Shown here in pieces: positions 1 through 14,200 of a DNA stretch of 64,000 nt. The notes under the pieces are model-generated. The model did no database searches. It saw nothing but the letters and a program-made list of their open reading frames with translations, and had not been told where the DNA came from. Source of the DNA: the human T2T-CHM13v2.0 reference genome, Homo sapiens; NCBI RefSeq assembly GCF_009914755.1, contig NC_060948.1, one strand, 5' to 3'. Position numbers and translations under genes: made by a program. How positions within the stretch are numbered: position 1 is the first letter of the stretch; each line of letters begins with the position of its first letter.

Positions 1-141
1 TGGCTGTTAACACCAGCTGAGTGCAGCATGTCAGGTAGTGTGGGTAGAACAACTTTGCAGGCCTGATTAAAGCTCAGGGAAAGGCACCACTGGTCACAGA
101 GGTTTTCATCTGGCAAAGTGACTCCCGTAAAATCCCATAGC
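1..141 (+). mobile_element. 3' end of an ERV1-class LTR, MER52-like
   Basis: GGAAAGGCACCACTGGTCACAGAGGTTT...GGCAAAGTGACTCCC...ATCCCATAGCA resembles the recalled MER52 3' terminus and ends in CA. Confidence 0.5.
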
Positions 142-341
142 AATAGAAGCATAGCTGGTTATGTTTAAATGGCTTACTTTTTTCGGTTCATGAAATAATG
201 ATTATTCAGCGTCCTATATTTTGGTATTTTTTAACCTCATTTGCAAATGATTATCTTTCAAAATTTTTACAGAATCAAATTTGAAAAATTATTATTTGTA
301 TTGAACAACGTGATTGGTCTTATGTACACTGCATTATTTTA

Positions 342-452
342 GGATGGAGTTTCACTTTTGTCATCCAAGCTGGAGTGCAATGGCATTTTCTCAGCTCATT
401 GTACCTCCTGCCTCTGCTTCCCACAGAGCTGGAATTACAGGAACCCACCATG
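342..452 (-). mobile_element. Alu fragment (internally deleted)
   Basis: GATGGAGTTTCAC...GCTGGAGTGCAATGGC...GCTGGAATTACAGG antisense Alu motifs. Confidence 0.7.
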
Positions 453-771
453 ATGTGCAGCATGGCATTGGAGTTCAGATCAGCATTCTCCTAGTAGATT
501 ATGAAGCTTACTTATGAAAGAGTATTTCTAATTCCTGGGCTTTGATGTTGTGTACTTAATATAATTTCTGTTTGAGACTCACTTTTGCTCGGGATTGTAA
601 TATGATGAGCAGCATTTCTGGCATTTTCTGCTACATGCAATACTAAAAACCATTTTCTGTGGTTGAAATACCCTAACATATTTGTGTCTCATGGAATCTA
701 AATTGTTGGCATTTACTATTCTAGAGAGTTCTGAAGAAGAAATTAAAAGCCACTTTTTAAAATTTTGCAGA

Positions 772-1081
<310 letters not shown>

Positions 1082-1416
1082 AAAATTTTGCATAAATTTT
1101 ATATGAGATGTCATTTTTCTCTAATTTTTGACTATTCTAAAATCCTGATATTTTCTCTAACTTGCTGCTATCCTAACATTCTGTCATTTGTGAAATATAC
1201 CAGGGTGTCCTGCAGGTACCGTGGAACTTAATATAAAACAATATTAAATTAATTAAATATAAATAAAAAGCTTTTTTTTTTCCAGATGTGAGGTTATAGT
1301 AGCTTTAAAACGTGTGCCACACATTATTTAAAACATTTTGTAATTACAAATCAGCACCGTCACAAACTGCATTGAAAAGCAAATAAATAGTATATCTCAA
1401 TTTTTAGCTGATTGAA

Positions 1417-1695
1417 TTTCTTTTCTTTTATTTTTAGAATGAAATCTCACACTATCTCTTTGGCTGGAGTGCAGTGGTGCAATCGTAGGACACTGCAACC
1501 CCCTGCCTCCCAGGTTCAAGTATTTATTCTTCCTCAGCTTCTTGAATAGCTGAGAATACAGATGCACACCACCACACCTGATGGATTTTTAGCATATTGG
1601 CCACACTTGTCTCAAGCTCCAGACCTCAAGTACTCTGCCTGCCTTGGCCTCCAAAAGTACTGGAATTACATGTGTGAATCACCATGCTTGGCCCC
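1417..1695 (-). mobile_element. Old Alu (antisense)
   Basis: T-rich tail followed by GGCTGGAGTGCAGTGGTGCAAT...CTGCCTGCCTTGGCCTCCAAAAG...CACCATGCTTGGCC. Confidence 0.85.
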
Positions 1696-2628
1696 TGATT
1701 GAAATTCTAATTCAAAAAAATCCCTCTTGCAAAACCTTATTTTCTATATTATATTTTTGATGAGTTTCTTTATATGTCTCATAATTAAAGCAAATGGTAT
1801 CATTTTAATGTATTTTCTTATACTTGAAAATGAATTTATTTTTATTAATCTGTAATTAAAATAGTAGGTATATTTAGAATGTTAATTTGCTGTGTGTAAA
1901 CATGATTAGAAATTTCTTTAAAAAACTAATTTGGATAATTAATTACATTAGTTGATTGTACTTGTGTTATTTTCCTCAGGATTTTCTTTTCTTTTCTTTT
2001 ATTATTATTATAATTTAAGCTTTAGGGTACATGTGCACATTGTGCAGGTTAGTTACATATATATACATGTGCCATGCTGGTATGCTGCACCTATTAACTC
2101 GTCATTTAACATTAGATATATCTCCTAATGCTATCCCTCCCCACTGCCCCCACCCCACAACATTCCCCAGAGTGTGATGTTCTCCTTCCTGTGTCCATGT
2201 GTTCTCATTGTTCAATTCCAACCTATGAGTGAGAACATGCAGTGTTTGCTTTTTTGTCCTTGCGATAGTTTACTGAGAATGCTGATTTCCCATTTCATTC
2301 ATGTCCCTACAAAGGACATGAACTCATTATTTTTTATGACTGCATAGTATTCCATGGTGTATATGTGCCACATTTTCTTAATCCAGTCTATCGTTGTTGG
2401 ACATTTGGGTTGGTTCCAAGTCTTTGCTATTGTGAATAGTGCCACAATAAACATACATGTGCATGTGTCTTTATAGCAGCATGATTTATATTCCTTTGGG
2501 TATATACCCAGTAATGGGATGGCTGGGTCAAATGGTATTTCTAGATCTAGATCCATGAGGAATCGCCACACTGACTTCCACAATGGTTGAACTAGTTTAC
2601 AGTCCCACCAACAGTGTAAAAGTTTTCA

Positions 2629-2931
<303 letters not shown>

Positions 2932-2934
2932 TCA

Positions 2935-3237
<303 letters not shown>

Positions 3238-3548
3238 TTATTACTAGGGAATCCTCTCCCCATTGCTTGTTTTTCTCAGGTTTGTCAAAGATCAGATAGT
3301 TGTAGATATGCGGCATTATATCTGAGGGCTTTGTTCTGTTCCATTGATCTATATCTCTGTTTTGGTACCAGTACCGTGCTCTTTTGGTTACTGTAGCTTT
3401 GTCGTATAGTTCGAAGTCAGGTAGCGTGATGCCTCCAGCTTTGTTCTTTTGGCTTATGATTGACTTGGCGATGCAGGCTCTTCTTTGGTTCCAAATGAAC
3501 TTTAAAGTAGTTTTTTCCAACTCTGTGAAGAAAGTCATTGGTAGTTCA

Positions 3549-4384
<836 letters not shown>

Positions 4385-4387
4385 TCA

Positions 4388-4588
<201 letters not shown>

Positions 4589-4591
4589 CTA

Positions 4592-5278
<687 letters not shown>

Positions 5279-7236
5279 CTATTTCCATGTAGTTGAGCCG
5301 TTTTCAGTGAGTTTCTTAATCCTGAGTTCTAGTTTGATTGCACTGTGGTCTGAGAGACAGTTCGTTATAATTTTTGTTCTTTTACATTTGCTGAGGAGAG
5401 GTCTACTTCCAACTATTCAATTTTGGAATAGGTGTGGTGTGGTGCTGAAAAAATGTATATTCTGTTGACTTGGGGTGGAGACTTCTGTCGATATCTATTA
5501 GGTCCACTTGGTGCAGAGCTGAGTTCAATTCCTGGATATCCTTGTTAACTTTCTGTCTCATTGATCTGTCTAATGTTGACAGTGGGGTGTTAAAGTCTCC
5601 CATTATTATTGTGTGGGGGTCTCAGTCTCTTTGTAGGTCACTGAGGACTTGCTTTATGAATCTTGGTGCTCCTGTATTGGGAGCATATATATTTAGGATA
5701 GGCAGCTCTTCTTGTTGAATTGATCTCTTTACCATTATGTAATGGTGTTCTTTGTCTCTTTTGATCTTTGTTGGTTTAAAGTCTGTTTTATCAGAGACTA
5801 GGATTGCAACCCCTGCCTTGTTTTGTTTTCCATTTGCTTGATAGATCTTCCTCCATCCTTTTATTTTGAGCCTATGTGTATCTCTGCACGTGAGATGGGT
5901 TTCCTGAATACAGCACACTGATGGGTTTTGACTCTTTATCCAATTTGCCAGTCTGTGTCTTTTAATTGGATCATTTCGTCCACTTATGTTTAAAGTTAAT
6001 ATTGTTATGTGTGAATTTGATCCTGTCATTATGATGTGAGCTGGTTGTGTTGCTCATTAGTTGATGCAGTTTCTTCCTAGCCTAATGGTCTTTACAATTT
6101 GGCATGATTTTGCTGTGGCTGGTACCGGTTGTTCCTTTCCATGTTTAGTGCTTCCTTCAGGAGCCCTACAAGGCAGGCCTTGTGGTGACAAAATCTCTCA
6201 GCATTTGCTTGTCTGTAAAGTATTTTATTTCTCCTTCACTTATGAAACTTAGTTTGTCTGGTTATGAAATTCTGGGTTGAAAATTCTTTTCTTTAAGAAT
6301 GTTGAATATTGGCCCCCACCCTCTTCTGGCTTGTAGAGTTTCTGCCGAGAGATCCGCTGTTAGTCTGATGAGCTTCCCTTTGTGGGTAATCTGACCTTTC
6401 TCTCTGGCTGCCCTTAATATTTTTTCCTTCATTTCAACTTTGATGAATCTGACAATTATGTGTCTTGGAGTTGCTCTTCTCGAGGAGTATCTTTGTGGTG
6501 TTCTCTGTATTTCCTGAATCTGAATGTTGGCCTGCCTTGCTAGATTGGGGAAGTTCTCCTGGATAATATCCTGCATAGTGTTTTCCAACTTGGTTCCATT
6601 CTCCCTGTCATTTTCAGGTACACCAATCAGTTGTAGATTTGGTCTTTTCACGTAGTCCCATATTTCTTGGAGGCTTTGTTCATTTCTTTTTATTATTTTT
6701 TCTCTAAACTTCCCTTCTCCCTTCATTTCATTCATTTCATCTTCCATCACTGATACCCTTTCTTCCAGTTGATCACATTGGCTCCTGAGGCTTCTGCATT
6801 CTTCATGTAGTTCTCAAGCCTTGGCTTTCAGCTTCATCAGCTCCTTTAAGCACTTCTCCATGTTGGTTATTCTAGTTATAGATTCGTCTAAATTTTTTTC
6901 AAAGTTTTTAACTTCTTTGCCTTTGGTTTGAATTTCCTCCTGTAGCTTGGAGTAGTTTGATTGTCTGAAGCCTTCTTCTCTCAACTCGTCAAAGTCATTC
7001 TCCATCCAGCTTTGTTCCATTGCTGGTGAGGAACTGCATTCCTTTGGAGGAGGAGAGGTGCTCTGCTTTTTAGAGTTTCCAGTTTTTCTGCTCTGTTTTT
7101 TCCCCATGTTTGTGGTTTTATCTACCTTTGGTCTTTGATGATGGTGATGTGCAGATGGGTTTTTGATGTGGATATCCTTTCTGTTTGTTAGTTTTCCTTC
7201 TAACAGACAGGACCCTCAGCTGCAGGTCTGTTGGAA

Positions 7237-7365
7237 TTTGCTAGAGGTTCACTCCAGACCCTGTTTGCCTGGGTATCAGCAGCGGTGGCTGCAGAACAGC
7301 AGATTTTCGTGAACCGCGAATGCTGCTGTCTGATCGTTCCTCTAGAAGTTTTTTCTCAGAGGAGT
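7237..7365 (-). promoter_or_regulatory. 129-bp L1 5'UTR segment (ZNF93-binding region) retained
   Basis: The sequence between ...CAGGTA and ...CCAACAGACCTGCAG is present. This segment is deleted in younger L1PA3/L1PA2/L1Hs (established knowledge). Confidence 0.7.
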
Positions 7366-7690
7366 ACCTGGCCATGTGAGGTGTCAGTCTGCCCCTACTG
7401 AGGGGTGCCTCCCAGTTAGGCTGCTTGGGGATCAGGGGTCAGAGACCCACTTGAGGAGGCAGTCTGCCCATTCTCAGATCTCCAGCTGCGTGCTGGGAGA
7501 ACCATTGCTCTCTTCAAAGCTGTCAGAAAGGGACATTTAAGTCTGCAGAGATTACTGCTGTCTTTATGTTTGTCTGTGCGCTGCCCCCAGAGGTGGAGCG
7601 TACAGAGGCAGGCAGGCCTCCTTGAGCTGTGGTGGGCTCCAACCAGTTTGAGCTTCCCAGCTGCTTTGTTTACCTAAGCAAGCTTCAGCA

Positions 7691-7945
7691 ATGGCGGGCG
7701 CCCCTCCACCAGGCTTGCTGCAGCCTTGCAGTTTGATCTCAGACTGCTGTGCTAGCAATCAGCGAGACTCTGTGGGCGTAGGATCCTCTGAGCCAGGTGT
7801 GGGATATAATCTCCTGGTGTGCCATTTTTTAAGCCCACTGGAAAAGTGCAGTATTAGGGTGGCAGTAACCCGATTTTCCAGGTGCCGTCTGTCACCCCTT
7901 TCTTTGACTAGGAAAGGGAACTCCCTGACCCCTTGCAATTCCTGA
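7691..7945 (+). CDS. ORF0: L1 antisense ORF0 (open, 84 aa)
   Basis: MAGAPPP..PCSLISDCCASNQRDSVGVG.SEPGVGY matches primate L1 ORF0; good Kozak context (GCAATGG); internal GT donors at 7797 and 7882. Confidence 0.6.
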   Translation: MAGAPPPGLLQPCSLISDCCASNQRDSVGVGSSEPGVGYNLLVCHFLSPLEKCSIRVAVTRFSRCRLSPLSLTRKGNSLTPCNS

Positions 7946-8298
7946 GTGAGGCAATGCCTCGCCCTGCTTCAGCTCGTTCATGGTGCACTGTACCCACTGA
8001 CGTGCGCCCACTATCTGGCACTCCCTAGTGAGATGAACTGGGTACCTCAGATGGAAATGCAGAAATCACCCGTCTTCTCCATGACTCATGCTGGGAGCTG
8101 TAGACCGGAGCTGTTCCTTTTCAGCCATCTTGGCTGCCCTCCAGGATTTTCTTTTGTAAGAAAACTCAAAATCGCTTCAAGATACATTGAGATGTTCAAT
8201 TATGTGAAATGAACTTAAAGGTATTTTCTTTGAAAAGGAAGTTTTTATAACCTAACTTTTCTACTAATAATATGTGATTATTTTTTCTAACATATGAG

Positions 8299-8517
8299 AA
8301 ATTAATTTTTTTCATCTTCCCTGCACCTAAAGTTCACCTGCAATATATGACAAGCAAAGAACTGCTAACAGAGAAGGCTGTTCTAGTCTGTAAGTCACCC
8401 ATTACCATAAACTCTGGTTTTGAGCTACTTGCAGCAGCAGCTATTGGCTGTGTAAAAAATTTCACATTGATGCTACACTGTTTGACTGAAACATATTACG
8501 TAGACAAAGCAAAAACT
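8299..8517 (+). pseudogene. USP9YP: USP9Y-like pseudo-exon (upstream of the catalytic domain)
   Basis: KLIFFIFPAPKVHLQYMTSKELLTEKAVLVCKSPITINSGFELLAAAAIGCVKNF...LTETYY aligns to USP9X [51 protein letters not shown]...LTEMYY; donor GTGAGT at 8518. Confidence 0.88.
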
Positions 8518-10317
8518 GTGAGTATTTTAAATTATAAAGCAGTTTTGTTCATTAATCACACTTTTGTTTAAAATTCTATTATTTCCTTTAGAAAAATTAA
8601 CTCATTTTTTTTGTTTGTTTGTTTTTGGTCAACTAGTTTACTATTTTGTAGTCATCAGGTATATAATTAAAGCCATTTAAGTAAGAGAACATTAATTTTT
8701 TAATAAGCATGTATTTCTTAACTTCTCTTCTATACTTGGTTTTGGTACTTTACCACAGTGGGTTTTATTTAGTCATATGTGAAAAAAAAAAATTAACCCT
8801 TTAGAATAACAAGAAACCAAATGTAATGCTACAAAAAGTTTATATTTAAAACGTATTCTTTAAAAAGATTTTCATAACCCAAACATTATAGTTGCTTAAT
8901 TTATTTTACTTATATTCCGGGTGGTGTTTTTTTAAAAATCATAATGTGAGAAGAGAACATTTGAGTGCATTTTATTACTTTTAAATGTCCATATTAATTA
9001 AACAAAATGGGTAGCAATGTTGAAATCTTACACAAAACTGCAATTCAGAGTGGGAACCAATGTAAGTAAGTTAACAAACGATAACCTGAAATTTAGTTTA
9101 TTTCAAGAGAAACCTGAGAGTTAAGAATATAATTAACAAAGCATTCTGTACAGATATTTCATTGGAAATGTGAAATTATATTTCTTTATATTTTTTCTCT
9201 GTGAGTATATTTTTTAATACATTGTAGGAGTTTCTAGCTAAACTCACTACTCAAAATTTCAGATGTTTATGTGTTCTGTAGGATCTACGTAGAGAGAAGA
9301 ATTTCCTTTTTGAAAACACTTTTTTTTGTTTAACTATTGTATTGGAATAGTAAATATATATTTTCAAAAGAGTTTTTTAAACAAACAAAAAATAGTATTT
9401 GTTTAAACTATTTAGCCACTGTTTTCTTGTGATTAATATATATTTTCAAATATATAAGAGGACATGCAGTAAAAACTATGAACTTGTCACCAATAATATA
9501 TTTCTGGTCCAGAGATTTTCTTTTAGGTATATGCGCATCTTCAAATGCTTAGCTATTTTTTTTTTATGGAAATGAGCATAAGCAATATACAATATGGTTA
9601 ACCTTGTTTTGTACTTAGTCACACACCTGTCAATACATGAAGATCTGTTTAATTCTGTTTTGAAGCTACATAACTTGAAGTTCAATATGTTCTAATTTAT
9701 GCAATCCACCTGTAAGATGGAGTGATGTGTAAGTTGTATTCTGTTTTACAAAAAGTAGCATTTACAATTTTCACAGGTATTTTAAAGACACCATCTAATT
9801 GACTTCTTCTCACAATAAAACTGTGAAGATATATAAAGCAATTATCACTATCAGCTGAGGAAGAAAGTGATATTTATGTGAAGGTTATAGTTTTTATGAG
9901 TCAGAACAATAATTTAAATGAAGTGCTCCATTAAAACTGAGAAAACGCTAATGTTCTATTTATATAAAGTTCTGATGGAAGTGTATTGTATACACTTATT
10001 TTAAGTGCAAAAGTTTTTTAATATGTAAAGTCATAACGATTAATGCTAAGTCTCTGTTTAACACATGAGAATTTAATATTATATCATCGTGTATGACTCT
10101 TTCTAAGAAAATTGTTGCAAAAACAATGCCGTTAAAAATGTGGACTTAAAAAGTCTGCATGCAATAGTCTTTATGGTGGCTCACATTGCTGATGTAAAAG
10201 TTTAAAGTACTCTTTCAAAATGGCTGTGTTAGCCTCATAGAATAAATTTCACAGCCTGATTAAGAGAACAATGGGTAAAATCATTATTTTTGTTGCATAA
10301 GCATTATTTTTTCTTAG

Positions 10318-10536
10318 CTTGTGAAGCACTCAGTGAACAGGAATATCTGCCCTCTGTTGGATCCTGCCCACCAAAAAATTGGTGGGACTCAGAGAAGCTG
10401 GTGCTACTTTTCACATAAATTCTGTGATCCAGCAACTATATATAATCCTAGTCATCAGAAACAGTATTTCTACAATTGAAAAAACAGTTAGTGATAAAGA
10501 TGATGATTGTTCAAAGATGAGGAACAAAATTGTGAG
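10318..10536 (+). pseudogene. USP9YP: USP9Y-like Cys-box pseudo-exon (frameshifted, catalytic Cys lost)
   Basis: Acceptor TTTTTTCTTAG; [19 protein letters not shown], 1-nt frameshift, then [20 protein letters not shown]; donor GTAAGT at 10537. Confidence 0.9.
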
Positions 10537-10818
10537 GTAAGTTTTAATTATAATTTTTTTAATGGTCTGATAGTAAATACTGTTATTCTTCCTGAAATTA
10601 GTGTACTTTCATGAGATTTTTATCAGGACTGCATTTTGATGATACGGGTAGAATATGTGAGATACTATGACTGGCATGTTTACTGTGCTTGCTATCTAGT
10701 AACTTGAAATTTTAGTTAATAATATTTACTACTTTTTGTTTGTTTGTTTTCAAACCATGGTAGATATAATCACATTTGTGTGACACGGAAATGCAATTCA
10801 GTCTTTGAATAATGAGAA

Positions 10819-11115
10819 TTTTTTTTTTTTTTTTTTTTTGAGATGGAGTCTCGTTCTGTCACCCAGGCTGGAGTGCAGTGATGTAGTCTCAACTAACTGC
10901 AAGCTCTGCCTCCTGGGTTCATGCCATTCTCCTGCCTCAGCTTCCTGAGTAGCTGGGACTACAGGTGCCCACCATCACACCCGGCTATTTTGTTTTTGTA
11001 TTTTTAGTAGGGATGGGGTTTCACTATTAGCCAGGGTGATCTGCTGACCTCGTGATCCACCCATCTCAGCCTCCCAAAGCACTGGGATTGCAGGCATGAG
11101 CCACCATGCCAGGCC
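10819..11115 (-). mobile_element. AluY (antisense)
   Basis: Poly-T tail; GCAAGCTCTGCC and TTCATGCCATTCTCC AluY diagnostics. Confidence 0.9.
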
Positions 11116-11259
11116 TTTTATTTTTAGTAATTATATTTCCATTTTGTTTTTTAAAGTAGGCTTTTTTTTTTTACTGTTGTTCTGTCTGTGTTATATAAGT
11201 TGTGCTTATTTTTATGATTCTCTGCATATTTTTCTCAAATTCAGGTTTTTTCTGCTAAG

Positions 11260-14200
11260 GAAAAAAATCTTTTAAAAGAATCTGTGTAGTAACATTTTGG
11301 AGCTCATTGAGGCCTATGGGGAAAAAAACAGAATAACCCTAGAGAAAAACTAGAAAGATGCTATCTATGAAACTGCTTTGTGATGTGTGGATTCAACTTA
11401 CAGAGTTAAACTTTTCTTTTGATTCAGCAGGTTGGAAACACTCTTTTTGGAAAATCTGCAAAGGGACATTTTGCAGCTCATTGTTGCCTATGTGGCAAAA
11501 GAGAATCCCCAGATAAGAACTAGAAAGAAGCTATTTGTGAAACTGCTTTGAGGTATGTGGGCTCATCTCACAGAAGTAAACTTTTCTTTTGATTCAGCAG
11601 GTGGAAAACACTCTTTTTGGAGAATCTTCAAAGGGACATTTGGGAGTCCGTTAAGGCCAATGGAAACAAACAAACAAACAAACAAATATCTCCAGATAAA
11701 AACTAGAAAGAAGCTATGTGTGAAACTGCTTTTTGACGTGTGGATTCATCTTGCAGTGTTAAATCTATTTTTTTTATTCAGCAGGCTGTAAACACTTCTT
11801 AGACAGTCTGTGAAGTGACATTTGGAGGACCATTCAGGCCTATGGTGAAAAAAACAAGATAGCCCTGAATAAAAATTAGAAAGAAGCTATGTGTGAAACT
11901 GCTTTGTGATGTGTGGATTCACCTCATAGGTTTAAACCTTTCTTTTGATTCAGCAGGTTGGAAACACTTATTTTGGAGAAGCCTGCAAAGGACATTTGGG
12001 AGACATTGAGGTCTATTGGAAAGAACCAAATATCCCAAGATGAAAACTAGAAAGAAGCAGTCTGTGAAACTGCCTTGTGATGTATGGATTTATCTCATAG
12101 AGTTAAACATTTCTTTCGGTCTAGCAGGTTGGATAGACTCTAATTAAGAATCTGTTTAGGGACATTTGGAAGCCTATTGAGGCCTATGCAGAAAAACTGA
12201 ATATACCCAAATAAAAAGTCAAAAGAAGCTATCTCTTAAACCTCTTTCTGATGTGTGGATTCCTCTCACAGACTTAAAGCTTTCCTTTGATTCATCAAAG
12301 TGTAAACACTGTTTTTAGAAAACCTGCAGAGAAACATTTGGGAGCCCATTGAGGCCTATTGAGAAAAAATGAATATACCCAAATAAAAATTAGACAAAAG
12401 CTATATATGAAACTGCTTTGTGATGTGTGGAGTCCTCTCAAAGAGAAAAAGCTTTCTTATGATTCAGCAGTTTGGAAACACTCTTTCTGTAGAATCTGCA
12501 AAGAGAAACCTGGGAGCCAATTGCAGCATAAGGGGAAAACCTGAATAAACCCAGATAAAAACTAGAATAAAGCTCTGTGAAGATGCTTTGTGATGTGCGG
12601 ATTCATCTTACAGATTAAAAGCTTTGGTTTATTCAGTAGGTTGAAAACACTCCTTTTCCAGAATCTATGAATGGTCATTTTAACTCCCCTAGAAGCCTAT
12701 GGGAAAAAAAATTGAATATCCTTAGATAAACTAGAAAGAAGCTATCTGTGAAACTGTTTGTGACATGTGGATTCATGTTACAGAAGGAAATTTTTCTTTT
12801 GATTCAGCAGTTTGGAATCATCTTTTTTTTTTTAAAATGTGCAAAAGGATGTTTGAGGGCTTGCTTATGCCTATGGAGAAAAAACTGGATATTCCCAGAT
12901 AAAAACTTGAAGGAGGCTATCTGTGAAATTGCCTTTTGATGTGTGGATTCATCTCACAGAATTAATTATTTTCTTTCAGCAGGAGGGAAACACTCGTTTT
13001 GGAGAATCTGTGAATTTGGGAGCCCAGTGATGCTACCAGGGAAAAATCAAATACACACAGTTAAAAATTTACAAGAAGTTATCTGTGAAACTGCTTTGTG
13101 ATCCATGGATTCTTCTCACCAACTTGAACCTTTCTTTTCATTCAGCAGGTTGGAAACACTGTTTTTGGAGAATCTGTGAAGGGACATTTGGAAGCCCATG
13201 GAGGCCTATGGAACAAAACTGAATATCCCCAGATAAAACCTAGAAGGAATCTACCTGTGAAACTTCTTTGTGATGTGTGGATTCATCTCACAGTGTTAAG
13301 CCATTCTTTTGATTCAGCTGGTTATAAACACTCATTTTGGAGAATATGTGATGGGACATTTCAGAGCACACTGGGGACTGTGGGGAAAAATGGAATATAC
13401 GCAGATAAAAACTAGAAAAAATATATTCCTGAAACGGCTTCATGATGTGTGGATTCATCTCACAATACTCAATCTTTCTTTTGATTTGGCAAGTTGGAAA
13501 CACTCTTTTTGAAAATCTATGAAGTGACAATTTGTAACCCATTGAGGCCTATGGGGAAATACTGAATATCCCCAGATAAAAACTAGAAAGAAACTCTGTG
13601 AAACAGCTTTGTGATGTTTGCATTCAGCTCACAGCATTAAAACTTTCCTTTGATTCAGCAGATTGTGAACAGTCTTTTTGGGTAATTGGCAAAGGGACAT
13701 TTTGGAGCCCATTAAGGCCTACGGGTAAAACGGAAAATCCCCAGATAAGAAACTAGAAAGAAGGTATCAGAGTAACTGCTTTGATTAATCTCACAGAGTT
13801 AAATTTTTCTTCTTATTCAGCAGGTTGGAAACATTTTCTTTGTAGAATCTGCAAAGGGATATTTTGGAGCCCATTGAGGCCTATAGGGAAAAAAAGAATA
13901 TACCCAGATAAAAACTACAAAGAAGCTCTGTGTGATACTTCTTTGTGATGTGGGGATACGTCTCACAGAGTTAACGTTTTCTTATTCAGCAGGTTGGAAT
14001 TACTATTTTTGGAGAATCTGTGAAGGGATATTTGGAAGTCTTTTGATGTCTAAAGGCAGAAAGAGAATATCCCCAGATAAAGATTAAAAAGCAGCTATGT
14101 GTGAAACAGCTTTGTGATGTATCGATTCGTCTCACAGAGTTAAACCTTTCTTACAATTCAGCAGTTTGGAAACACTCTTTTTGCGGTATCTGCAAAGGGA

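Larger units (their letters stand above)
8299..10536 (+). pseudogene. USP9YP: Unprocessed USP9Y/USP9X-like pseudogene fragment (2 exons, 1.8-kb intron)
   Basis: Two consecutive exons match the USP9X/Y sequence ELIDDFIFPAS...GFELL..GCV...[42 protein letters not shown], with AG/GT boundaries retained. Confidence 0.9.

Noticed and set aside
470-690. Possible MER5/MER20 remnants (and a possible old L1M piece near 9560-9780)
   Set aside because: Too degenerate to call by eye; needs RepeatMasker.
682-760. KLLAFT resembling USP9 KELLAFQ, a possible third exon
   Set aside because: The match is only a few residues; flanking codons do not align and no splice sites fit.
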